Assembly: GCA_043756365.1 (NCBI GenBank)
Contig: JAYURF010000495.1
Location: forward strand, 4,445 to 68,444
Direction of reading: 5' to 3'
From: Acidimicrobiales bacterium
GTDB taxonomy: Bacteria > Actinomycetota > Acidimicrobiia > Acidimicrobiales > Ilumatobacteraceae
Length of the DNA stretch: 64,000 nucleotides
Part shown: positions 1-8,651 of the stretch, in pieces
How the letters are laid out: each line of letters begins with the position of its first letter
How positions within the stretch are numbered: position 1 is the first letter of the stretch
Translations under genes and position numbers: made by a program
Notes under the pieces: generated by a model
What the model was told of the DNA's origin: nothing
Database searches by the model: none
The model's input: the letters and a program-made list of their open reading frames with translations, nothing else

Positions 1-11
1 TCCGCCCGAAC

Positions 12-115
12 GTGTTGTGGGCGCTCGACTTCCAGTTCGACACGCTCGCCCAACGGGCGCACGATCAAGATGCTCAACGTGATCGACGACTGCGAAAGCG
101 ATGGATGAACTCGGC
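12..115 (+). pseudogene. rve/DDE transposase remnant (IS481/IS3-like), truncated and frameshifted
   Basis: VLWALDFQFDT in one frame continues after a 1-nt shift as NGRTIKMLNVIDDCE, a block typical of rve-type transposase cores. No start codon and no remainder of the domain. Confidence 0.4.
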
Positions 116-226
116 ACCGCCGAAGCACGCATGTGGGGTGAGCGCAATCAAGGCCATAGTCCCCATTCGCGTCTGTCAGGTCATCGACGACGCGATCCAG
201 GTGCACGGCGCGACCGGCGGCTCACA
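116..226 (+). pseudogene. acyl-CoA dehydrogenase C-terminal fragment
   Basis: SAIKAIVPIRVCQVIDDAIQVHGATG resembles the ACAD C-terminal helix block (compare IGVIKFWGARALYNVIDRAIQIHGSLG in the intact ACAD at 38642-39976). Only ~35 aa are present. Confidence 0.4.
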
Positions 227-227
227 G

Positions 228-690
228 TGGACGCCGCCGCCGGGCTGTCCGCCGTCGAAAAGACCTACACCTCCCGTCGTCAGCGCGTCATCGACGTCGC
301 CGAGCTGGCGGCGTTCGCCCGCGCCTTCGGGCTGCCGATCGCCTGGTTCTTCCTTCCTCCGGAGAGAAGGGAAGCGAGTCCAGTTCCCAGGCTGTACGAA
401 CATGCGGCGACGATGGCAGTTGACGTCTTCGGCGACGAGGACGCCAGGCAGTGGTACCTCGCTCGCGTCGTCGACCTCCTCGGCGCCCCCGGCTCGATCC
501 TCCACGACGAACTCCTCGGCTCCGCCGGCTACCCCAGCGCCGATGAGTGGGCTCGGATCGACCTGAAACGAGAAGAGCTCCTCAGAGCTGCACTCGGGCA
601 GTTCAGCTCCGAGAACAGCGACCTCGTTCAAGCCCTCCTCGACGGCCTCGAGAAGGTGCGCCAAGTTGACGACCGACGGCTACGCCGCCA
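228..690 (+). pseudogene. XRE-type HTH C-terminal half plus uncharacterised tail, 5'-truncated
   Basis: GLSAVEKTYTSRRQRVIDVAELAAFARAFGLPIAWFFLPP looks like helices 3-5 of a Cro/C1 HTH, but the first helices and a start codon are missing. It lies inside the implausible 438-aa ORF 101-1417. Confidence 0.3.
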
Positions 691-900
691 CCCACGCCCC
701 CACACCCGACGATCCGTTCGGCTACCTCAACAATCGCGTCTCGGTCCAGCGAGTGCAGGTTGCCGGCGGCATCGTCGGCGGCGAGCGGCCCCCAGTGTCC
801 AGCCGCTACCCACCGAAGAAGCGACGGGACTGATCCTGATCCTCATCAGTCGGCTCATCGCCGACGGAATCCTGAGCAGTCGGGATCGCCCGACCAGCGA

Positions 901-1168
901 CTACGGCAGGAGGGTGAGACTGCCGGCGGTAGACAACTGGACGACCGCGAAGTGGCGGCGATCCAACGTGAACACGGTGCGGTCGCCGAGGCGTTCCGCA
1001 AGTGCGATGACCGAAGCGTCAGTGCCGCCGAGGCCCAGGTCTGCGTATTGCTCGACCAGTTCGGCTGCTCGCTGCAGATCGTCGTTGGTCGGCGACTCGC
1101 CGACACGCGTCGTGGTCCCGGTCGTTGCGGTTCGCGGCGGCAACGAACGGGCCCGTGTCCACGATCAA
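901..1168 (-). pseudogene. vapC: PIN-domain VapC toxin with internal deletion and frame break
   Basis: A TTG overlaps the vapB stop (TTGA) and reads LIVDTGPFVAAANRNDRDHDACRRV. The C-terminal part DLQRAAELVEQYADLGLGGTDASVIALAERLGDRTVFTLDRRHFAVV is in another frame. The span is 268 nt (not a multiple of 3) and ~45 aa shorter than the intact 135-aa VapC at 3261-3668. Confidence 0.6.
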
Positions 1169-1383
1169 TGCGAGCCGAATCCCTCGCGGTCAAGAAAATC
1201 ATCGGCGTCTCGGCCCGAGATCGAGTCGGATGCGAACGACCCGACGAACTCGAACGGGTCGACCTCGCTGGCTTCGGTCAGGAGCCGTTGGGCAAGGGCC
1301 GACGGCTCGATGCCCTCCCGTGCCGCGCGTTCAGTGAGGCGCTGCGCAGCGGCGTCGTCAAGTTCAACCTCCAACCGAGTCAT
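1165..1383 (-). CDS. vapB: VapB-type (ribbon-helix-helix) antitoxin
   Basis: 72 aa; MTRLEVELDDAAAQRLTERAAREGIEPSALAQRLL RHH-like N-terminus. Sits directly upstream of and overlapping the PIN remnant. Same architecture as the VapB at 3008-3250. Confidence 0.6.
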   Translation of the reverse strand: MTRLEVELDDAAAQRLTERAAREGIEPSALAQRLLTEASEVDPFEFVGSFASDSISGRDADDFLDREGFGSH

Positions 1384-1644
1384 GGCTCCAAGCTTACGAC
1401 GCCGCCGGTTTCAGTAGTCGCCGACATTCCTTCGGAAAATCTCCGATCGCGCGCTTTCGCGGGCTATCGGCGGCGGTGCACGGTGCCGCCACCGCTGCCG
1501 TTGCGAATGGATTTGCGAATGGATCGTTTGAGAACGCGCTGATATTCACCAACACGAGCCGACACTGGTCACCAAGTGCAGTAGCATTTGACCTGATCAG
1601 ACAGTACAAATCGCCATCTGACAACACGGACTGGACAGAACTGC

Positions 1645-1692
1645 TCACCCTCTCAAGGTGGCGGCACGGTTCGAATCCCGTTGGGGCTGCCA
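1645..1692 (+). tRNA. tRNA-Glu(CUC)-like 3' fragment (anticodon arm to CCA), not a complete tRNA; probable att remnant
   Basis: Anticodon arm tcacc/ctCTCaa/ggtgg, T-loop ggttcgaatcc, acceptor 3' strand tggggct, discriminator g, CCA at 1690-1692. The T-stem is one G short (acgg vs cccgt). No matching 5' acceptor or D-arm upstream. Lies 125 nt upstream of the integrase. Confidence 0.5.
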
Positions 1693-1816
1693 AGAAAAGA
1701 CCAGGTCAGAGGCTCGAAAGCCCGCCGAGCCAAGACCGTGTCAGCGAATTACACCCGATTTACACCCTTCCAGAGGCCGGAGCGCCTAGCCTGAACTTCC
1801 GCGAAGGGATGATCGG

Positions 1817-2948
1817 ATGAAGGGCACCATCCGCGTCCGCGAGAACCGGGACGGCTCCAAGAGCTACGTCTGTCAGGTGAAGTTGGGCCGCGACCCCGGC
1901 ACGGGGAAGGCCCGCGTGCTGACGGGCACGGCGAAGTCGGAGCGCGCTGCCCACCGCCTCCTGCACGAGCTCATCGCCAAGGCGAGGACCGCTCGCAGCA
2001 CGCGAGCGACGCCACAGTGGCAACGGTCATCGAGCAGTGGTTGGAAACCGGCGGACCAGCCGGCGAGGCAACCCGCCAGGTGTACGCGGGCTACATCCGG
2101 CTGCACGTTCTCCCGGCGCTCGGCGACGTGTCCTTGCGCAAGCTCGGCGTCGCCGATCTGGAGCGCTGGTACGCCGCCCTCCGGGACAAAGGGCTCAGTC
2201 CAGCGTCGATCCGCAAGGCCCACACGATCGTCCGAGCCGCGCTGGCGCAGGCTGTGCGGTGGGGATGGGCGACGACCAACGTCGCGGCGCTCGCCCGGCC
2301 CCCGCTGGTCCCGAAGGCGGTGATCGCGACACCGAAACCGACAGCGGTGCGACGCATGCTGGCCGTCGCCCGGAGCACGACCCGGAGTTGGCTTTGTACC
2401 TCCACCTGGCCGCAGTGACCGGCGCGCGGCCCGGCGAGATGTGCGGCCTCCGGTGGAGCGACATCGACACAGAGCGGGCCGAGCTCCGCATCAGCCGTCG
2501 CATCCTCGAGGTCCAGCCAGTGCCGAAGGTGCAGGATCTGACCAAGACGGGCAAGACGCGCCGGATCCCGCTCGACCGAACCGTGCTCGGGCTTCTGGCC
2601 CGCCATCGCGAGGAACGCGAATCGGTGGCGACGATGTGCCAGGTCACGCTTTCACCAGACGCGTACGTGTTCAGCGACACGGTCGACGGCAGCGGCTTCT
2701 GGCGCCCCGATTCGACGTCGCGTCGCTTCCGAAAGCTCCGCATCGACCATGGGCTCGACGACGTGACGCTCTACAGCCTTCGACATCAGGCGGCGACGAC
2801 GATGATCGACCACGGCGTCGGCGCGAAGACCGTCTCCGAGCGGCTGGGCAACTCGGTCGCCACCGTCCTCGGCACCTACACGCGGGCGCGGACAGAGGCC
2901 GATCGCGACGCGGCCGAAATGCTCGGCCGGCTCTACGCCGACGAATGA
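1817..2948 (+). pseudogene. int: Tyrosine recombinase/phage-type integrase, two frame breaks
   Basis: N-terminus MKGTIRVRENRDGSKSYVCQVKLGRDP (frame 2). SAM-like core-binding part ATVIEQWLE...YAGYIRLHVLPALGDVSLRKL (frame 1). Catalytic domain LAAVTGARPGEMCGLRW...LYSLRHQAATTMIDHG...LGTYTR (frame 3). Breaks at ~2008 and ~2372. Confidence 0.85.
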
Positions 2949-3007
2949 GCCGTTTGTAGGCCGCAAGGTCGGCGACGCCCTCCGTCCCGCGCCCGTAGGC
3001 TGAGGGC

Positions 3008-3250
3008 ATGTCCGTGACCGTCGACCTTCCTGCCGAGCTCGTCGCGCGGCTGCGATCCGAAGCGGCCCGTCGAGGGGTGAGCGTCGACGCAGTGATCGCC
3101 GACTTCGCTGCCCGGCTCCCGTCCGACGAGCCTGCTCGCCGGCACACGCTCAGCTTCATCGGGCTCGGAGCGTCAGGCCGGACCGAGCCGATGGATCTTC
3201 GCCGCGAGCGGGCGGAGCTGGCCGCGAAGCGCGACACCGAGGGGATCTGA
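3008..3250 (+). CDS. vapB: VapB-type RHH antitoxin
   Basis: 80 aa; MSVTVDLPAELVARLRSEAARRGVSVDAVIADF. Ends 10 nt upstream of the PIN gene. Confidence 0.7.
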   Translation: MSVTVDLPAELVARLRSEAARRGVSVDAVIADFAARLPSDEPARRHTLSFIGLGASGRTEPMDLRRERAELAAKRDTEGI

Positions 3251-3260
3251 GCGACCGAAC

Positions 3261-3668
3261 GTGCTGCTCGTCGATACGAATGTCATTCTCGCCGCCGCCG
3301 ATGAGTCGGCGGTGGAGCACGATCGATGTGCTCGGCTGCTCGATGCGCATCAGGACCTCACGGTGACCGCCGCGGTCGCCGTGGAGTCGGCCTGGATGAT
3401 CGAGTCCCGGCTCGGGCCAAGGGCAGAAGCCGCATTTGTCGCGGCGTTGGCCGCGGGCGAGATGCACGTCGTCGACTTGACCGCGGCCGATTGGCGCCGC
3501 TGTGCAGAGTTGATCGAGCGGTACCACGATCTCGGACTCGGCGTCGTCGACTCGTCGATCGTCGCGGTCGCGGAACGACTCGGCGTGTCGACGATCGCGA
3601 CGTTGAACCGCCGCCACTTCGCCGTTGTTCGGCCGGTGCACGTTGCGGCGTTCGAACTGCTGCCATAG
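3261..3668 (+). CDS. vapC: PIN-domain VapC toxin
   Basis: 135 aa; LLVDTNVILAAAD (first acidic residue), ...VAVESAWM..., DLGLGVVDSSIVAVAERL, TLNRRHF. Typical PIN acidic quartet spacing. Confidence 0.8.
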   Translation: MLLVDTNVILAAADESAVEHDRCARLLDAHQDLTVTAAVAVESAWMIESRLGPRAEAAFVAALAAGEMHVVDLTAADWRRCAELIERYHDLGLGVVDSSIVAVAERLGVSTIATLNRRHFAVVRPVHVAAFELLP

Positions 3669-3775
3669 CGGCAGACCCTCTCCACTGCCCGGGTCGGCAT
3701 CCTTGCGAGGTCGTCAACGCAAGTCCACAGCGTCATACTCCGCTTTCGAGGCGTGTGATTTTCGTCACAGTCACT

Positions 3776-3830
3776 GTGCCGTTCGTGTCCGTGGAGTACC
3801 GCTGTTGTCCGTTGCGTACCGCTGCGTCCG
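3776..3830 (+). repeat. Three imperfect direct repeats (GTRCCGYTnnTGTCCG) at 20-nt spacing
   Basis: gtgccgttcgtgtccg (3776), gtaccgctgttgtccg (3796), gtaccgctgcgtccg (3816). They sit in the 230-nt non-coding gap between vapC and the Xis-like gene. Confidence 0.5.
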
Positions 3831-3897
3831 CACCGTCCGAACGCCCGAAAATCAAGGGGTTGCGGGCCGAACGACATCGGTGTAATCAGAACGGTCC

Positions 3898-4176
3898 ATG
3901 CGTTCGGACGACGACTCCGCCGATGTCGTGGCGGCTTATCCACTGCTGACCGTCGAGGAGGCAGCGCGGCCGATGCGCATCGGCCGGTCGAAGGCCTACG
4001 CGCTGGCCCGCGAGTACTTGAACTCGGGCGGCACATCGGGGCTACCCGTGATCGTGTTCGGGCCGGGATGCTTTCGTGTACCGCGCTGGGCGCTGATGGA
4101 GCTGATCACCACCGGCCGGGTCGTGCGGTTGTGTGACGCGCCGCCTTCCCATGAAAGTGCCTCGCTTCGTGGCTGA
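3898..4176 (+). CDS. Excisionase/MerR-like helix-turn-helix DNA-binding protein
   Basis: 92 aa; LLTVEEAARPMRIGRSKAYALAREY...FRVPRWALMELI matches the excisionase-family HTH pattern (HTH_17-like). Confidence 0.6.
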   Translation: MRSDDDSADVVAAYPLLTVEEAARPMRIGRSKAYALAREYLNSGGTSGLPVIVFGPGCFRVPRWALMELITTGRVVRLCDAPPSHESASLRG

Positions 4177-4675
4177 GGTCGGGGCTCGACCGATCGTCGC
4201 CGGGGTCGAACGCGGTGTCGTTGTCTGGTCGCGCGCCCGCGCCGTGGTGGGGACGTTCCGACCGCAGGCGTGGGTTGTCCTTCACGATCTCGTCTTTGAC
4301 GCTGAGTGGGTCGACGATCGTTGGGTCGCGCCGAGCTCGGCCCGGCGTGTCGCCGAGCATCTGCGCATCGATCCGGGTACTGCCGCAGCCGCGCTGCGCC
4401 ATTTGCGTGACTGCGGTGTCGCCGAGCTGACCCAGGCATCGGGTTCGGCGGGCCGCTTCGGCCTCGCGTCGTACACGCTGCGACTTCCGTCCGGCATCGA
4501 AGTGGTGTCGCCTTGTGTCGACCGGCCGCACGCGGCGTTAGCGCACACGGTCGAGCCCGACACGGCGCCGCACCGGGCGAGTCCACATCAGTCACCGCGT
4601 CCGTCGAGGCGTCGCCGCGCGGTGGCGCCCCTGTGGACGCAAGACGCCCTCGACCTCGGGACGGCGGACGGGTGA
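4151..4675 (+). CDS. Hypothetical protein, possible winged-helix DNA-binding (element replication/regulation?)
   Basis: ORF 4133-4675. The segment SARRVAEHLRIDPGTAAAALRHLRDCGVAELT looks like a wHTH. Start uncertain (ATG 4151 or GTG 4169). Arg/Pro-rich tail. Confidence 0.35.
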   Translation: MKVPRFVAEVGARPIVAGVERGVVVWSRARAVVGTFRPQAWVVLHDLVFDAEWVDDRWVAPSSARRVAEHLRIDPGTAAAALRHLRDCGVAELTQASGSAGRFGLASYTLRLPSGIEVVSPCVDRPHAALAHTVEPDTAPHRASPHQSPRPSRRRRAVAPLWTQDALDLGTADG

Positions 4676-4748
4676 GCGGCGGGGAGTTTGCCTGCCCGAA
4701 GGGCTGGCAAGTGTCTGTGGCACTTTGGGTTGACCTGGGTGGTGTCGG

Positions 4749-7378
4749 GTGTTGACGGTGACGGCGTTGGCGAACGCCGAGTACCTGTTGTCGTCGGTGG
4801 CGTTGGGCATCGACGAGTACTACACCGGCGTCGGGGAGGCACCCGGGGTGTGGACGGGACGCTGGTCGCCATCGCTGAATGTGTCGGGACTGGTCGAGGC
4901 TGACGCGCTGCGCGCGTTGGTCGACGGGAAGGATCCGACGACGGGGACGCCGTTGTTGGTCGGGTTGCGGGAGCGGACGGTGAAGGCGTTCGATCTGACC
5001 TTCTCGACGCCCAAAGCCGTCTCGGTGCTCTGGGCGCTCGGCACCGAACCGGTCGCCGATGTGGTGATGGGCGCCCACCGCGAGGCGGTCGCGACAGCGC
5101 TCGGTTCTTGGAAGAACGCGCGGCACTCGCACGGATCCAGGTCGACGGTGTCCGCCGCCACGTGCCGACCGAGGGGTGGGTGGTGGCCGGGTTCGTGCAT
5201 CGCACCTCCCGCGCCGGCGATCCGCAACTGCACACACACTGTCTGGTCCCGAACGTGGGCCGTCGCAAGGACGGTCGGTGTGTGGCGATCGCCGCCCGGC
5301 CGATGTACGTGTGGGCCCGCGCCGCTGGGTCGATCTATCAGGCCGAGCTGCAACGCCTGCTCAGCCTGAGGCTGGGTGTCGAGTGGCAGGCCGATCGGAA
5401 CAACACTCGTAAGATCGCCGGGTTCACCCCGGAGGTGTTGCGCACGTTCTCGAAGCGAACCGTCGAGATCGAAGCCGAGCTCGAGGCGACCGGCGCCCGC
5501 TACGAGGCGCCAGCGTTACGGATGCAAGCCGACGACGCGGCCTCCTTGACGACCCGGCCGGCGAAGGACCACACCGCCACCCCGGAGACGCTGTTCGGTC
5601 GTTGGGAGTAAGAGGCGGCCGAGGTCGGTCTCGAGATCGGGGCCGGGCTGGATGCTCGGGTGTGTTGGCGTGACCCCGACCTGAGGTCGCTGGAGTTCGA
5701 TGAGATCGCCCGTCGTCTCGTCGATGAGGAGCAAGGGTTGTGCGCCCATTCCGCCCGGTTCGCGGAACATGACGTGATTGAACACGTCGCCGGGCTCGCC
5801 GCCGGCCGGCTGTCCACCGCGGAGATCACCGAGATCGCCGAACGGTTCCTGACGTCGGATCTGGTTGTCCGGCTCACCCCGAACGCAGCTGCGTCGGGAT
5901 GGGAGCCGGCGCGCTGGTCGACCGTCGCCCAGCGCAATCTCGAGGACGAGACCCTTGTCGTGCTCGACCGGCTCACAGCACGAGCCGTCGCCCCGATCCC
6001 GGAGACGATCGTCGCCGCGCAGCTCATCGAGTCCGAGTTCTTGGGTGACGATCAACGCCAGGCGATCTCGACGCTGTGCGGTCCCGGCGAATCGTTCCGG
6101 ACGGTGCTCGCCCCGGCCGGCTACGGCAAGACTGCGATGGCCCACGCCGCGGCCGGCTGCGCCACTGTCGACGGCCGGCAGGTGATCGCCGTCGCGACGA
6201 CTGCGAAGGCGGTCGCCGAGCTCGAGGCGGCCGGTCTACCGGCACGAACGATCGCCCGCTTCCGCTACGAGCTCATCGAGGGGCCGCTGCGGGCGGGGAC
6301 GGTCGTCGTCCTCGACGAGATCTCCCAGACGTCGACGCGCGACGCCCATTACGCCCTCGCGGCGGTGGACGCGTGCCCGGGCGGTCAGTTGTGGGTGCTC
6401 GGCGATCCACAACAGGCGCCGTCGGTGAAGGCGGGCGGGATCGCTGCCGAGATCGCAGCCCGCGCCGACGCCGGGACCATTCCGGCGGCGTGGCTGACCG
6501 TCAACCGGCGACAGGTCGACCCGGATGACCGCCACGCGCTCCATGTCCTGCGCTGCGGCGGCGCGTACGAGTCACAGCAGCGGCGCCGAGACCACGGCTG
6601 GGAGCACACCGCCGCCACCCCGGAGGACACCCGAGCGTTGATGGCCGACGCGGTGACCGCCGACACTCGTGTCTTCGGTGCCGAGTCGACGATCGCACTG
6701 GTCGTGTCGCACGCACAGGCCGAGGACCTCACCGATCGCATCCGTCGCCGGCTCACCGACGCCGGCACCCTCGCCGGAACGTCGATCACCGGTCCCGGAT
6801 GGACAACCGATCGCACGTATCAAGTCGGCGACCGGATACTGCTCCACACCCGCCACGGCGACCGCCACTCCCCACTCGTCAACGGCACCGTCGGCACCAT
6901 CGAGGCGGTCGACAACCGGGGCGTGCAGTTCCGTCCCGACCGGGGCGAGCCCGTCCACCTCTCGGCCCGCTTCATCCAGGGCTGTCGGGCGGACGGTTCA
7001 CCCAACGTGTCGCACGCCTGGGCACGCACCGTCGACGGCGCCCAGGGCGGCACCTGGGAGCACGCCCACCTTCTCGGCACCGCCGCGCTCGACGCCTATC
7101 GCGGCTACACCGCCCAATCCCGCTCCGTGCAGCCCACCCACACGTGGAACACCGCCACCTTGCCGACCGTCGACTTCGGCGGCCGCCTCGCCCACGATCC
7201 CGACCCAGAACGGCAAGTCGCCGTTGCGCTCTCCCGCATCCCGGACACGACCATGGCCGCCGTCAGCGACCCGTGGACCGTCGACACCGAACTACGCCAG
7301 CTGATCGCAGCCCACCAGAATCACCTCGACCGTCAACCGCCCGATCGACGACGCGAGCTCGACCAGGCTGTCCGCTAA
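4749..7378 (+). pseudogene. MobF/TrwC-TraA-type relaxase fused to RecD-like helicase, broken by one frameshift and one in-frame TAA
   Basis: N-terminus MLTVTALANAEYLL...GVWTGRW...DLTFSTPKAVSVLWAL. After the shift at ~5103: FVHRTSRAGDPQLHTHCLVPN (His triad). TAA at 5609-5611. Then the same frame continues with Walker A LAPAGYGKT and Walker B VVVLDEISQ. Confidence 0.8.
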
Positions 7379-7384
7379 CTCGCC

Positions 7385-8513
7385 ATGGCCCGCGGGACGC
7401 TCGCCGCCGCCGAAACTGCGGTCAACGACGTCCGCCGCGACCTCGCCGGCATCGGCGTGCTCGCTCCCTTGACTCGACACGGTCGCGCCGAACGTCGTGC
7501 GCTCGACGACCGGTTGCAGCGCCGACAGGCCGCGGCGATCGACGCCGCCGGGCCCGTCGCCAAGGCCGAGGCGCGAGTCGAGCGGTACACCCGCGAACAG
7601 GCGGCCCACGACCGGCACGAGCAGCAACACGGTTGGCGCCGCGGTGCGATCGACACAGCGTGGGACCGGCTCGATCAGCACTGGACCGACGTCGCTCTCG
7701 CCTGTGTCGGCGCCGACCAGACCCTCGCCTACGGCGTTGCACCGCTGCGCATCGGACGCCGACACCTCGCCGGGCAACTCGCCCAGATCGAAGCTTCACT
7801 CCCGCCCGACCGTGGCGATCAGCGCGAGCGCGTTCGCACGGCCCTACGCACTCGGACTGCTGCGTCGCGAGACGCCGAGCAACAGCTCGCCGACCGTCAA
7901 GGCGTGCTCGACGACCAACTCCGTCGGCGCTGGCCACGGCGCGACAAGACAGCGATCAGCGAGGCAACCATCGAAGTCGACGCCGCCCGCCGACGCCTCG
8001 CGGAGAGCGGACGAATCGAGGCAGAGGCCCGGGGACACCTCACCGGCCTCAACTGCCATCAGAAGGCCCGGGATGCGGCGCTCGCAACCACCGCCACCGA
8101 GCCTCAACCGCGACATCAATCAGCTCGACACCGCTCTCGATCTCACCCGAGTCCCGCGCGTCCAACAGCTCGTCGCCCGCCCTACGCAGCTACACCTCGA
8201 TGTTCTCGGACCGCCTCCCGCCGGCCCCGCCGGTCGGGCCGTGTGGTGCCACCAGGCGATCCGGCTCGAGCACCACCTCGACTACTCCACCGGAACCGAC
8301 GCCGGATGGATGCGGCTTGTCAACGACCTCAGCATCACAGCCACCCTCACGCGCCTCGCCGATCGCTACATCGCGATCAAGCCCCACGATGAGGTCCGAG
8401 CAGCGCACTGGGCACCCATTGCCGAGCGCGTTACCGCGATGCACGTCGCCGCGATCGAACACGTCGCCCAGCTCACGCCGCGGCACGAATTCGGAATCGA
8501 GCTCGGTCTTTGA
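7385..8513 (+). pseudogene. Hypothetical element protein (Arg/Ala/Asp-rich, probably helical), one frame break
   Basis: ORF 7385-8392 and ORF 7497-8513 join sensibly near 8060-8100 (...KARDAALA / PPPSLNRDINQLDTALDLTR...). No recognisable domain. Confidence 0.35.
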
Positions 8514-8576
8514 TTTCAGCAATCACCCACCGAGATCCGCCGCCGCCGTCCCTACCGTTCCGCGAGATCGGCTCAG

Positions 8577-8596
8577 ACGTTCAGCGGGCTGAACGT
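8577..8596. other. Perfect 8-bp stem / 4-nt loop hairpin abutting the tRNA-Arg fragment
   Basis: acgttcag-cggg-ctgaacgt, located 4 nt before the tRNA-like sequence begins. Confidence 0.6.
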
Positions 8597-8599
8597 ACC

Positions 8600-8651
8600 G
8601 AGCAGCGGCTTCCTAAACCGTGTGTCGCAGGTTCGAATCCTGCCGGGGGCA
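8600..8651 (+). tRNA. tRNA-Arg(CCU) 3' fragment (D-stem 3' strand to discriminator), no 5' acceptor; probable att remnant
   Basis: gagc-a-gcggc/ttCCTaa/accgt-gtgtc-gcagg/ttcgaat/cctgc-cgggggc-a. T-arm and acceptor 3' strand are perfect. The needed 5' strand g[ct]5g is absent upstream. No encoded CCA. Confidence 0.55.

Larger units (their letters stand above)
1645..8651 (+). mobile_element. Decayed integrative/mobilizable element (int, vapBC, xis-like, wHTH, MobF relaxase-helicase) between two tRNA 3' fragments
   Basis: The gene content is typical of actinomycete integrative elements. Both ends carry ~50-nt tRNA 3' segments of the size used as att identity segments. The int, the relaxase and the last ORF are all frame-broken. 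The exact boundaries are uncertain. Confidence 0.6.

Noticed and set aside
101-1417. 438-aa ORF (and ORF 12-566) at the left edge as real genes
   Set aside because: The translation is Arg/Pro/Ser-rich GC-frame noise for most of its length. It only locally matches fragments of unrelated families, and it runs antisense through the vapB/vapC locus.
1470-1692. tmRNA (ssrA) 3' end as the integrase target
   Set aside because: The acceptor-like end tggggctgCCA does not pair with a GGGGCUG-type tmRNA 5' end nearby. The preceding arm has a clean 7-nt CUC anticodon loop, which fits a tRNA-Glu 3' half better.
8557-8651. An intact long tRNA (class II or intron/insert-containing tRNA-Arg) using gttccg... 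as the 5' acceptor strand and the hairpin as an insert
   Set aside because: Only 5 of 7 acceptor pairs form, two of them G-U. No D-arm of legal size can form because 25 nt lie between gctc and gagc. A CCU anticodon tRNA is not class II.
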